Of a stretch of 64,000 bases of DNA, positions 38,558 through 47,509 are shown in pieces (position 1 is the first letter of the stretch; every line of letters begins with the position of its first letter). Position numbers and translations under genes: made by a program. The DNA is from Candidatus Sericytochromatia bacterium S15B-MN24 CBMW_12 (GTDB lineage: Bacteria > Cyanobacteriota > Sericytochromatia > S15B-MN24 > UBA4093): positions 9,733 through 73,732 of the forward strand of contig DAZV01000039.1 of NCBI GenBank assembly GCA_002083825.1. The letters are read 5' to 3'. The notes beneath the pieces were generated by a model. It was not told the DNA's origin, ran no database searches, and saw only the letters and a program-made list of their open reading frames with translations.

Positions 38558-38760
38558 CGCCAGCGGCTGTTGATTAGGACCGCGAGAGAACGCCGTGAGG
38601 CAGGGAGCATGGGGCGTATTTCCATCTCTCGCTGTCCTGAAGAAACGAGCTTGGCTCTAGCGCCAGCGGCAGTTTCGTAAGGCAGCGAGAGAACGCCGTG
38701 AGGCAGGGATCATGGGGCGTGTGTCCATCTCTCGCTGTCCTGAAGAAACGAGCTTGGCTC
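38555..38760. repeat. intergenic repeat family, long form, two tandem 103-bp copies
   Basis: Copies at 38555-38657 and 38658-38760 share the head 'tagcgccagcggc...gcgagagaacgccgt' and tail 'gagcttggctc' with the short form. They also carry a ~47-bp internal insert that creates a 10-bp stem (cagcgagaga / tctctcgctg). Confidence 0.85.
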
Positions 38761-38858
38761 CAGCAGTCCCGAGGCCGGTGGGCCGATGGGGGAGGATCGG
38801 CCCGCAGGTGGGCGGGGGGTAATGGGGTAAGGTTAGCGATGGGTTTGGGAGCGAATTC

Positions 38859-38868
38859 ATGCTAGAAT
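38859..38868 (+). promoter_or_regulatory. extended -10 (TGcTAGAAT) 6 nt upstream of ATG: leaderless-type promoter candidate
   Basis: TGcTAGAAT at 38860-38868 and ATG at 38875, with no Shine-Dalgarno in between. Confidence 0.4.
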
Positions 38869-38874
38869 CTCCGC

Positions 38875-39357
38875 ATGAACGCGCGTCCATGGGTCATGAT
38901 TGCCGCACTGCCCGTCCTGCTCTGGGCATGCCAGGGGGGATTGTATCCGGTTGCGCCGGATACGCCCGAGCGGGTGACGGTCGGTTCGCCGGATCCGGGG
39001 GGATCCCCGGGAAGCGATCCTGCTCCCCAGGAGGGTCCTTTCGGCGGCCAATTGGTCGCTTCGGGGACGCACTTCCTGGAGTTTCTGGGATACACGCCTC
39101 CGAGGGGCTCCTACACGCTCTACCTCTTTCCCTGGGGTGCGGGCCAGAGCCCGATTCCTGCCGCTCTGGACGCCACGGCCAAGCTCAAGCTCTCTAATGG
39201 CCGAGAAATTCCCATGACGGCCGCGACGAATTCGGACGACGGCAGTCTCTTCTTCTACGCTGTGCCCGAGGCCTCCTTCGCGTCCCTGAACGTCACGGTG
39301 CAGGCGGAGGTCACGCTCGGGGGCACGATCCTCACGGGGAGCTTCTCTCACCCGTAG
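38875..39357 (+). CDS. hypothetical lipoprotein
   Basis: 'MIAALPVLLWAC' lipobox. 160 aa, Pro/Gly-rich N-terminal region and then a beta-rich part. Confidence 0.65.
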   Translation: MNARPWVMIAALPVLLWACQGGLYPVAPDTPERVTVGSPDPGGSPGSDPAPQEGPFGGQLVASGTHFLEFLGYTPPRGSYTLYLFPWGAGQSPIPAALDATAKLKLSNGREIPMTAATNSDDGSLFFYAVPEASFASLNVTVQAEVTLGGTILTGSFSHP

Positions 39358-39513
39358 CTTGGAACGTCTACCATGACTTGGACAAGAAAACCTCGCGACT
39401 TGAGGAGAAAGACCCCGCCACAATGGCGGGGTCTTCTCTTATGATGCATGCATGCGGGCTCGGGGGCCTGCTGCCGAGAGAGCGAGCACGACGGGCACGA
39501 GAGGAGGCGACTG

Positions 39514-40194
39514 ATGCGAAGGACGGAAAAGGCGCTGTGGACCGCGGCCATCGGGGCGGGGATCGTCCTGGCCACCGGATTGCCGGCTTTCGCGCAGATG
39601 CGAACCTCGCAGCCGTCGCGCCCCTCGGGGGCCGTGACGGCGTACGCGACTCCGAAGCCCTCGGGAGCGGTGGGTCTCTTCGGCTGGTATCCGTTTCTGA
39701 GTTCCGGGGCGACCAGCGCCTCGACCCTGGCTCTCGGGCTTGCCGGAAACCTCTGGTTCACGCCGAACCTCTCCTTTGGTATCTGGGGCTTCACCGGGGG
39801 CTTTCCCGGTTATGGCAACCTCACCAGCGCCGATCTCGAAGGCAAGGTCAAGTTCTTTCAGAGCGGCACAGGCGTCTTTGGTTACGCCCTGACGGGCACC
39901 GGGGGGGTCAAGTACCTGAGCTACGCCCCCGGAACCGGCGTGGGAGTGGTCCTGGGCCTGATCTTCGACTGGAATCTGCCCCAGCAGTTCGTGTTGCAGG
40001 GACGGATGGGCTATACGCCGTGGCTCAGCATCGCGGGCGCGAATCGGCAGGTGGTTGACGGCAAGCTCGGGCTCGGAAGGTCGCTAACCGACATGGTGGG
40101 TATGGACGTGGGAATCCGGACGCAGAGCAGCTTCGGAAGCCCCGACACCTACCAGCTTGCAGGCCCCTACGTCGGAGTGGGCTTCGTCTTTTGA
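39514..40194 (+). CDS. putative outer-membrane beta-barrel protein
   Basis: Start trimmed to MRRTEKALWTAAIGAGIVLATGLPAFAQ (signal peptide) after GAGGAGG. It has alternating Gly/aromatic beta-strand patterns and a C-terminal 'VGVGFVF' ending in Phe. Confidence 0.65.
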   Translation: MRRTEKALWTAAIGAGIVLATGLPAFAQMRTSQPSRPSGAVTAYATPKPSGAVGLFGWYPFLSSGATSASTLALGLAGNLWFTPNLSFGIWGFTGGFPGYGNLTSADLEGKVKFFQSGTGVFGYALTGTGGVKYLSYAPGTGVGVVLGLIFDWNLPQQFVLQGRMGYTPWLSIAGANRQVVDGKLGLGRSLTDMVGMDVGIRTQSSFGSPDTYQLAGPYVGVGFVF

Positions 40195-40343
40195 CGGAGT
40201 TTAAACTTGATTTAAACTTCGAGCGTTCGCGCAAGCCTCCCGCGTTCCCGCCGGATAACCGCTTGTAAGGGCCTCGCCCGGGCGAGGTTCGACAGGCTTG
40301 CAAGCGCTGAATCGTGAAAGCGCCTATCCAGAAGGGGGACGCC

Positions 40344-41231
40344 ATGCCCAGTGGAATCAACGGCAGATTCTTCAGTCGAGAAGGTGGGAAAGCCAACGAT
40401 TGGGCCAGCGTCCTCGCCACCAGCCCATCGGCAGGCACCCAGCCGGCCTTGCAAATGAGGACGGATGGCCTTTCGCGGATGCCCCACTTGGCGCATCCGC
40501 GCTTCAGCTCCCATGCCGATCTGCTGGGAGTCATGGAGGGAAGGAGCCTCACGCTTGGAGCCAAGAGTGACGGGGTCACGGCGCTTCAAAACGCGCTTCT
40601 GGACCTGGGCTTCGGCCTTCCCTCCGGCGCCGACGGCGCTTTCGGCAAGGAACTCAAGCTGGCCATCGAGGGATTTCAGTCGAGTCAAGACCTTCCGCTG
40701 ACCGGCGAACTCGACGGAAAAACCCTCAGGGCCCTCGATGCCGTGGCCCCCGCCGAAGGCAAGAAGGCCTGGGAAGACCCCGGTCTTTCCCCCGATGCCT
40801 ACCTCCGCTCCCCCATGGTCAAGGGCAAGCCCGCTCGCATCGTCGTCGATACCTCCGAGCATCGCCTCTTCCTCTTCGACAAGAAGGGCCAGCTGGAGCG
40901 GATTTATCCCATCGCCACCGGCCTTGCGGGCTCCGAGACCGACCCCATGATCAAGATCGTCACGGGCTTCCTCAAGGACCCCTCCGCCGTGGCCCGCCGA
41001 CTCTGGCCGGAATCCGGCGGCAAGGCCTTCGGGACCCGCCTGGTGGATCTCAGCAAGTACGACCCCCAAACCGGAAGGGCTACCCGCCACGGCGAGGAGC
41101 TCCACGGGACCTTTACCCGCCGATCCATCGGTACCGACGCCTCTCACGGCTGCATGCGACTCTATAACGAGGACATCGAGGACCTCTACGGACGCCTCGC
41201 CATGGGGGATGTCGTCGTGGTTCAAAAGTGA
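40344..41231 (+). CDS. L,D-transpeptidase (YkuD) with peptidoglycan-binding domain
   Basis: PG_binding_1-like 'GVTALQNALLDLGFGLPSGADGAFGKELKLAIEGFQSSQDLPLTGELD' and the YkuD catalytic motif 'SHGCMRLYNEDIEDLY'. The start could be either 40314 or 40344. Confidence 0.85.
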   Translation: MPSGINGRFFSREGGKANDWASVLATSPSAGTQPALQMRTDGLSRMPHLAHPRFSSHADLLGVMEGRSLTLGAKSDGVTALQNALLDLGFGLPSGADGAFGKELKLAIEGFQSSQDLPLTGELDGKTLRALDAVAPAEGKKAWEDPGLSPDAYLRSPMVKGKPARIVVDTSEHRLFLFDKKGQLERIYPIATGLAGSETDPMIKIVTGFLKDPSAVARRLWPESGGKAFGTRLVDLSKYDPQTGRATRHGEELHGTFTRRSIGTDASHGCMRLYNEDIEDLYGRLAMGDVVVVQK

Positions 41232-41257
41232 ACTGTTAATCACCGGTAAAAAAAAGG

Positions 41258-41286
41258 TTGACGGCAACCCGGTAAAGCAGTATTAT
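41258..41286 (+). promoter_or_regulatory. sigma70-type promoter for tRNA-Asp
   Basis: TTGACG (41258-41263), a 17-nt spacer, then TATTAT (41281-41286), 10 nt upstream of the tRNA 5' end. Confidence 0.6.
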
Positions 41287-41296
41287 TAATCTTGTT

Positions 41297-41370
41297 GGGG
41301 TTGTAGTTCAGTTGGTTAGAATGCCGCCCTGTCAAGGCGGAGGTCGCGGGTTCGAGCCCCGTCAACCCCG
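41297..41370 (+). tRNA. tRNA-Asp (anticodon GTC)
   Basis: Cloverleaf read by eye: acceptor GGGGTTG/CAACCCC, anticodon stem CCGCC/GGCGG with loop CTGTCAA, T-arm GCGGG-TTCGAGC-CCCGT. There is no encoded CCA. Confidence 0.95.
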
Positions 41371-41372
41371 CT

Positions 41373-41413
41373 GAAGGCCGAGATCGCAAGATCTCGGCCT
41401 TCTGCTTTTTTTT
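41373..41413 (+). terminator. rho-independent terminator
   Basis: 13-bp stem gaaggccgagatc/gatctcggccttc with a GCAA loop, followed by T8. Confidence 0.85.
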
Positions 41414-41501
41414 CGCCATCACCCGCGCGCCGGCCGGAATTCGCAAGATTCTCGGTTAAGACGGCGACAATCCCCCTCGGGGAGAACCCCGGGAGAAGGC
41501 C

Positions 41502-43835
41502 ATGACCCAGGAGCCGCGACGCCAAACTGCCTCGCTCAACCGAGATCGCTTTCAGCGCTCTCGCACCCGCCCCTTGGGCTCCACCGTCGACCTGCCCCGC
41601 CGGAACGACATCCTCCCCGACGATCCCGATGCCCGTCTCGAAATCGCGCGGGACCCGTCGGTCTCCTCGGCCATCCTGGAGGCCCTCGCGGCCGACTTGT
41701 CCCCCGCCATCCGCGCCGCTCTCCTCGCCCGCAAGGACGTCACCCCCGAGGTCATGCATCGCCTGGCCGAGGATCCCGATGCCGCGCTTCGCGCTCGATT
41801 GGCCGCTCGTGGCGACCTGCCCCCTTCCGTCATGCTGAGGTTGGCTCAAGATTGCCATCCCGAGGTGCGCCTGGCCCTGGCCAGGAACCCTTACGCCCCC
41901 CGGGCGGTCCTCGAAGTCCTCGCCACGCCGACCGATGAGGCGATCGCCCATGCCATCCTCAGGCACCCCCGCGTCGACGACCGGATCCTCGAAACGTTCT
42001 CCCGCTCCCCCTTCCCCGCGGTCAGGTTCGACCTCGCCATGCACGCCAAGGTGACCGCCGAGATCCTCCTGGGGCTCGTCGGCGACATCGACCGGCAAGT
42101 CCGCGAAGCCGTCCTCTCCAGTCCACGCGCCGACCTCGAGGTCCTCGACGCCCTCGCTCGCGATCCGGACCCCTCGCTGCGTATCCGAGTGGCGCACGAT
42201 CCCCGAACCGTCGAGGCGACCCTGGAGCGCATGGCCCGCGATTCCGACCCGGAGGTTCGCCTGCAACTCGCCCACTCCAAAGGAGCCACCTCCTCGATTC
42301 TTCGCGTCCTCGCCGACGATCCCGACCCCCGGATCCAGGAGCGGGTCGCCGTGCACCCGATGACCCCCCCGGGCGGTCTCGTGAGCCTCGCTCGGCGTGG
42401 GTCCCTCCAGGCCCGCCAAGACGTCCTCATGCACCGAAATGTCGTCCCCTCCGTTCTAGAGGCCCTGGCATGGGCTCCCGAAAACGAGCTTCGCGCGAGA
42501 TTGGCGACTCACGCCGCCTTGCCGGCCTCGGTCCGTGAACGCCTGGCGCATGATCCCGACGTGAACGTCCTCCGCGCGATCGTCCGCATCCCCCTCCTCT
42601 CCCCCGATTCCCTCGCGCGCCTGGCCGCTCACGCCGACGACGAGATCCGAACCCTCACCGCGCGACACCCCGCCACGCCAGCAGAGGCCCTGGAACTCCT
42701 CTCCGAGGACCCGCTCCTGGGTATCCGCTTCGGCGTCCTCACCCACTCCTATGCCACCCCCACTGCCTGCGCCAAGGCCCTGGCCCAGGGAATGGACCCC
42801 GCCGCCCTCCGAAAACTGGCCGAGATCCCGACGACCTCGGCGCCGGCCCTCAACCTTCTCGCCTCCGAAAGCGATCCGCTGGTCCGCTACCACGTCGCCA
42901 TGCATGCCAATACCTCCCCCGTCACCCTGGAACGCCTCTCCCAGGACGATATCCCCGAGATCAGAGCCGCGGTGGCCTGGCATCCCCGGACCCCCGACGA
43001 CGCCCTCGCGCGCCTCGCCGGGGACTCCGAGCGCAAGGCCCGGGCCGGAGTGGCCCAGAACCCCAGATCCTCCGAGCAGGCCCTGCGCCAGCTCATGGGC
43101 GACCCGGATCGCAACATCCGCTGGGCCGCCGTCACGCACGCCTCGGCCGGCCTGCCCATGTGGCTGGAACTGGCTCAGGATAACGCGGTTCCGGTGGATC
43201 GGCGGCGTGACCTGTTGGCCCTCCCCCTTCTCCCACCCGAATTGCTCGTGCCGCTCTCCCAAGCTCCCGAGTTCGAGCTACGCGAGGAAGTGGCCCGCCA
43301 CCCCGCAGCGAGCCGCCTGGTGCAGGCCCAGCTGGCGCAGGACCCGGACTTCCGGGTAAGGGTAGCCTTGCTCTCCAACCCGCGCGTTCTGCCGGCTGCC
43401 TTCGACGTGCTCGCCGAAGACGAGGAGCCGGATCTTCGTAAACTGCTGGCCCAGCGCTCCGATCTGACGGTACAGGTGGCCTCTCGCCTGGCTGCGGACG
43501 CGGATCCGGAGGTGCGGCGCGACCTGGTCTCCAACCCTCATCTTCCGCCAAAGGCCCTGGCCATGCTGCTTCAAGACGCCCTGATCGACATTCGCTACTC
43601 GGCCGTTCACCATCCGCGCCTGACCCCGAAGCTCGCCGAACAAGCCGCTCGGGATGCCAGCTGGGCCGTTCGTGAGGTGGCATGCCGATCGGGGCTCGTC
43701 AGCCGGCGCATGCTGGCCGCATTGACCCGCGATCCGAACGGTTGGGTCCGCCAAGCGGCCAAGGGATCGGCGATCTTCGAGATGATGCGTTCCTGGCACC
43801 GCTCGCAACTGGCTCGCGAACTCTGGGGCGCTTAA
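41502..43835 (+). CDS. leucine-rich-repeat-variant (LRV)/HEAT-like repeat protein
   Basis: 777 aa made almost entirely of ~23-24-aa repeats of the form 'L..LA.DPD..VR..LA..P..P...' (roughly 30 copies by eye). There is no signal peptide. Confidence 0.8.
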   Translation: MTQEPRRQTASLNRDRFQRSRTRPLGSTVDLPRRNDILPDDPDARLEIARDPSVSSAILEALAADLSPAIRAALLARKDVTPEVMHRLAEDPDAALRARLAARGDLPPSVMLRLAQDCHPEVRLALARNPYAPRAVLEVLATPTDEAIAHAILRHPRVDDRILETFSRSPFPAVRFDLAMHAKVTAEILLGLVGDIDRQVREAVLSSPRADLEVLDALARDPDPSLRIRVAHDPRTVEATLERMARDSDPEVRLQLAHSKGATSSILRVLADDPDPRIQERVAVHPMTPPGGLVSLARRGSLQARQDVLMHRNVVPSVLEALAWAPENELRARLATHAALPASVRERLAHDPDVNVLRAIVRIPLLSPDSLARLAAHADDEIRTLTARHPATPAEALELLSEDPLLGIRFGVLTHSYATPTACAKALAQGMDPAALRKLAEIPTTSAPALNLLASESDPLVRYHVAMHANTSPVTLERLSQDDIPEIRAAVAWHPRTPDDALARLAGDSERKARAGVAQNPRSSEQALRQLMGDPDRNIRWAAVTHASAGLPMWLELAQDNAVPVDRRRDLLALPLLPPELLVPLSQAPEFELREEVARHPAASRLVQAQLAQDPDFRVRVALLSNPRVLPAAFDVLAEDEEPDLRKLLAQRSDLTVQVASRLAADADPEVRRDLVSNPHLPPKALAMLLQDALIDIRYSAVHHPRLTPKLAEQAARDASWAVREVACRSGLVSRRMLAALTRDPNGWVRQAAKGSAIFEMMRSWHRSQLARELWGA

Positions 43836-43849
43836 CTCTCGCTTGCCGC

Positions 43850-43878
43850 TTGCGGATTGGCGACAGGAGTGTTATTGT
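43850..43878 (+). promoter_or_regulatory. candidate promoter for initiator tRNA
   Basis: TTGCGG (43850-43855), a 17-nt spacer, then TATTGT (43873-43878), 12 nt upstream of the tRNA 5' end. Confidence 0.4.
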
Positions 43879-43890
43879 TGTAAGTCCTGA

Positions 43891-43965
<75 letters not shown>

Positions 43966-43968
43966 TCA

Positions 43969-44000
43969 ACCGGTCTCCTTTCGAGGAGGCCGGTTTTTTT
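43969..44000 (+). terminator. rho-independent terminator
   Basis: 11-bp stem accggtctcct/aggaggccggt (one G:U pair) with loop TTCG, followed by T7. Confidence 0.85.
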
Positions 44001-44006
44001 CATGAC

Positions 44007-44044
44007 GAAACGGCCGGCTTCCCCAAGGGGAAGCCGGCCGTTTC
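44007..44044 (-). terminator. strong hairpin downstream of cytochrome c gene (no U-tract)
   Basis: ~17-bp stem gaaacggccggcttcccc/ggggaagccggccgtttc, 7 nt past the stop at 44052. Confidence 0.5.
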
Positions 44045-44051
44045 GAAGCGC

Positions 44052-44507
44052 TTACTTCTTGAGCGAGATCGCGTAGGCCGTGACGTCGTTGATCTGAGCC
44101 TCGGAGAGCGTGCCGGACCAAGGAGCCATGCCGGTGCCGGCAACGCCGTTCACGATGACTTCCTTCCACTGCTCGACGGTCCCGCCATGCTTGAAGGGGC
44201 CTTCCACCAGGTTGGTCGGCCGCGGGGTCAGCGCGGTGGCCGCCGGGCCGTCGCCCATGCCCTCAGGACCGTGGCAGGTGGCGCAGTTGGTCGCGAAGAT
44301 CTGCTGACCGGCCGCCAGGTCGGCGCCAGGAACGGCTGCGACTTCGCTGGTCGCGGCTCCCGTCGTGGTTTCGCCTGCGGGAGCTTCCGTTACCGGGCTC
44401 TCGGTGGCCAAGGGGGTGGTTTCGGCGGCTTTTTCCTCGGAAGGCTGACAGCCAACCAGGGATATCGAGGCCGCGAGAGCAAGAACGAGCGAAAGGGAGC
44501 GCTTCAC
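44052..44507 (-). CDS. class I c-type cytochrome, lipoprotein
   Basis: Heme motif 'CATCHG'. GTG start at 44507, 6 nt after AGGAGG, gives 'KRSLSLVLALAASISLVGC' (lipobox). There is a distal Met-ligand region 'GTGMAPW'. Confidence 0.8.
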   Translation of the reverse strand: MKRSLSLVLALAASISLVGCQPSEEKAAETTPLATESPVTEAPAGETTTGAATSEVAAVPGADLAAGQQIFATNCATCHGPEGMGDGPAATALTPRPTNLVEGPFKHGGTVEQWKEVIVNGVAGTGMAPWSGTLSEAQINDVTAYAISLKK

Positions 44508-44674
44508 CAGAATACCTCCTGTGATGCAACATGACCGGGACAGCCACGCGACCGACCCGGGGACCGTGATGAGGTCTACTTCGCGTTCCAGTGTAAGGTC
44601 TGCTTGCACGCTTGTAAAGTTTCTGGTATCGATCCCCCAGGCCGCGCGAAACCAAAAGCCATCGACCCCGCCGC

Positions 44675-47440
44675 TCAACCCGAGTTGCGAAGCCCCGCAG
44701 CGATTCCCGTCACGGTCAGCGCCAAGGCCGAATCCAGGCGCTCGGCCTCCTCTGGGGACGCCCTTCGCCGCTTGCGTCCCAAGAGCTCGATTTGCAGGTG
44801 GCTGAGGGGATCCACGTAGGGATTGCGCAGACGAATCGACCGCTGAAGGACCGGATTTCTCTCGAGCAGCTCGCTTTGCTCCGAGATGGCGAGAACCACC
44901 TGACGGGTGCGCGCGAACTCGGTGTGAACCTCCCCCCAGATCCGCTCGCGCAAGGCCGAATCCTCGACCAGGTCCGCGTAACGCCGGGCGATCGCCATGT
45001 CCGCCTTCGCCAGCGAGACCTCCACGTTCCCGACCAGCGTCCGGAAGTAGCTCCAGTCCCGGTACCAGCGCCTCAGCGTCTCGACTCCCGACGCTTCGCG
45101 CGCCATGAAGGCCGTCAGGGCCGTTCCCGCTCCTAGCCAGCTCGGCAGAAAGAAGCGCGACTGGATCCAGGCGAATACCCAGGGTATGGCCCGCAGCGTC
45201 GAGATGCCGCCTTCCTTTTGGCGGCGGGCGGGGCGCGACCCTAGCTTGAGCGACTCGATCTCCGAAATAGGGGTGGCCTGCTGGAAAAACGTCAGGAAAT
45301 CCGGATCCTCGAAGACCAAGCGCCGGTAGGCCTCGAAGGCATCTTGCGAGATCCGCTCCATCGCGGCATCCCGCTCGCGGGTCTCCCCCGCGAGGGGCGG
45401 TTCCGTGAGGCTGGCGAGGAGCGTGGCCGAGAGAACCTGCTCGAGGTTGCGATCGGCGAGTTCGGGTACCCCGTACTTCCAGGCGAGTACTTCACCTTGC
45501 TCGGTGAGCTTGATTTCCCCCGTGACCGTGCCGGGAGGCTGCGCCAGAATGGCCTCGTAGGTCGGCCCGCCGCCCCGACTCACCGTGCCACCGCGCCCAT
45601 GGAAGAGCCTCAGGTCGATGTCATGGGCCCTCGCTATCCGACTCAGGTCCCGTTGGGCCTTGTAGAGTTCCCAGTTGGAGGTCAGGATTCCCCCATCCTT
45701 GTTGGAGTCGGAGTAGCCGATCATGACCTCCTGGCGGTTGTCCCGGCTGCGAAGCGCCTCTCGGTACGGAGCATGGGACCAGATGGTCTCCATGAGGGCT
45801 GCCGACGCTCGCAGATCCTCGATGGTCTCGAACAAGGGAACCACGTTCAGCCGTGACACGGTCCCCTTGGAATCCCGCCGGTAGAGGCCCGCCTCCTTGG
45901 CCATGACGAGCAGGGCCAGGAGGTCGCTCGGGTAGCGCGTCATGCTGACGACGTAATCTTCGGTCGCACACGGCCCCACGAGGTCCTGGCAGTCCCTCAT
46001 CGCCCGTAAGGTCTCGAACGTCTCGTGCGTTTCCTCGCTCAGCGAGGAGTCGATGGGCAAGAGCGGTCGCGGGTTCTCCAGCTCGCAGAGAAGGATGGCT
46101 TGACGCTCGGATTCCGGGAGGTCCGCGTATCCCTCCACGACTCCGGCCAGCGCCAGGGCCTCCGTCATTGCCGCGTCATGCGTACGGCTATTCTGACGGA
46201 TGTCGAGCGCAGCGAGGTGGAACCCGAACGTTCGCGCCTTGAGCCGAAGGGCTTTGAGCCTACCGTCCGCCAGGCGTTCCCCCCTGTTGGCGCGCAGGCT
46301 GCGGTCCATGCGTTCGAGGTCCTCGGAGAATTCCGAACAGCTCGCGTAGCCCCCCTCGCGTCCCTGGAGGGTCCGTTCCAGCCGAAACCCCATCAAGGTC
46401 AGAAAGCGCCGGTAGGGTTCTTCCTCATTGCGCTCCAACCAGCCGTGAGCCGTGGCGTCGAGCGGAAGCGTCGTCTCGTAGCGGGTGATCGCTTCCCGTA
46501 GGTCTTCCGAGATGCCGACCCGACGGTCGGAAAGGCTCAGTTCGACCAGCTGACGACCGAGCTCCTCGCGGTAGTGGCCGAGGATGAACTCCCGCTGCCG
46601 GCGCATCGCCTCGCGGGTCGCCTGGGGCGTGACGAAGGGGTTGCCGTCGCGATCGCCCCCGATCCATGTTCCGAAGCTGACGAGCAGGGGGCTCGAGCCC
46701 AGGGGCTCGGAAAAAGCGGCATGGAAATCGAGTTCCAGTTCTTGGTAGAGCCGGGGAATGGCTTCCAGGAGGGACTCGCGGAAGAAAAACAGGGCTGCGT
46801 TCTGCTCGTCGTAGACCGTCGGCCGGCGATGCCTCACCTCATCAGTCTGCCAGAGGGCCGTCAGGGTCTCGCGGATGGCGGCTTCGATGCGCATGCGCCC
46901 GCGGGGGGTAAGGCGGGGATCGTCCCAAGCGGCGAGTTCATGGGTGATGGCTTGCCACTGGCGCAGGACCGTCTTGCGGTTGGGCTCGGTGGGGTGAGCC
47001 GTGACCACCAGCCCCACTCGAATCCGTTCCAGGAGGGCCCTGACTGCCTGGGGATCAGGCGTATTGCCGCGAAGGAGGCGCAGGGTTTCGGGAATGGAGC
47101 CCCGCTGGGGGCGATCGCCCGCGAGCATGGCCTCGCGCCGCCTCACCCGGTGATGCTGCTCCGCCAGGTTGACCAGCCCGAAGTAAAGCGAGAAGGCCCT
47201 TATCACGCCCACGGCCTCGTCGATGTCGAGGTCCCGGATGATCCCGACGATCTGCGCCTGGCACCGATCGGTGGGGTGTCGTCGGTAGCGCTTGCTGAGG
47301 ATGCGCAGGCGCTCCTCGGTTTCGAAGAGCGCCTTGCCGGCCTGCGAAATCAGGGTCTCGCCCAGGAGCGTTCCGAGCCAGCTGATGTCCCGGCGCAAGG
47401 GAGCATCTCGATCTCGGGGATCGTGCGTCAGGTCGATCAT
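44675..47440 (-). CDS. ppc: phosphoenolpyruvate carboxylase
   Basis: 'VVTAHPTE', 'VMIGYSDSNKDGG', 'FHGRGGTVSRGGGP' and the C-terminal 'GIAAGLRNSG' are PEPC signatures. Start is at MIDLTHD after GGGGGAGG. Confidence 0.95.
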   Translation of the reverse strand: MIDLTHDPRDRDAPLRRDISWLGTLLGETLISQAGKALFETEERLRILSKRYRRHPTDRCQAQIVGIIRDLDIDEAVGVIRAFSLYFGLVNLAEQHHRVRRREAMLAGDRPQRGSIPETLRLLRGNTPDPQAVRALLERIRVGLVVTAHPTEPNRKTVLRQWQAITHELAAWDDPRLTPRGRMRIEAAIRETLTALWQTDEVRHRRPTVYDEQNAALFFFRESLLEAIPRLYQELELDFHAAFSEPLGSSPLLVSFGTWIGGDRDGNPFVTPQATREAMRRQREFILGHYREELGRQLVELSLSDRRVGISEDLREAITRYETTLPLDATAHGWLERNEEEPYRRFLTLMGFRLERTLQGREGGYASCSEFSEDLERMDRSLRANRGERLADGRLKALRLKARTFGFHLAALDIRQNSRTHDAAMTEALALAGVVEGYADLPESERQAILLCELENPRPLLPIDSSLSEETHETFETLRAMRDCQDLVGPCATEDYVVSMTRYPSDLLALLVMAKEAGLYRRDSKGTVSRLNVVPLFETIEDLRASAALMETIWSHAPYREALRSRDNRQEVMIGYSDSNKDGGILTSNWELYKAQRDLSRIARAHDIDLRLFHGRGGTVSRGGGPTYEAILAQPPGTVTGEIKLTEQGEVLAWKYGVPELADRNLEQVLSATLLASLTEPPLAGETRERDAAMERISQDAFEAYRRLVFEDPDFLTFFQQATPISEIESLKLGSRPARRQKEGGISTLRAIPWVFAWIQSRFFLPSWLGAGTALTAFMAREASGVETLRRWYRDWSYFRTLVGNVEVSLAKADMAIARRYADLVEDSALRERIWGEVHTEFARTRQVVLAISEQSELLERNPVLQRSIRLRNPYVDPLSHLQIELLGRKRRRASPEEAERLDSALALTVTGIAAGLRNSG

Positions 47441-47509
47441 GATTGCCTCCCCCATGGTCGGCCTCATCATGAGGGATCTTCCCGCGAAGATCCAGCGCGC
47501 CGCGGCCGG

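Noticed and set aside
38555-38760. Possible CRISPR array
   Set aside because: There are only two units, they are directly abutting with no spacers, the unit is 103 bp (far longer than CRISPR repeats), and there are no cas genes in the window.
38657-38890. 77-aa minus-strand ORF inside the repeat array
   Set aside because: It is composed largely of repeat sequence, has no RBS, and overlaps the start and promoter of the plus-strand lipoprotein gene.
40212-41267. 351-aa minus-strand ORF
   Set aside because: It is antisense to the L,D-transpeptidase gene, which has PG-binding and YkuD motifs. It shows no motifs of its own.
41316-42434. 372-aa minus-strand ORF
   Set aside because: It overlaps tRNA-Asp and its terminator and runs antisense to the LRV-repeat gene. 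It is a shadow ORF.
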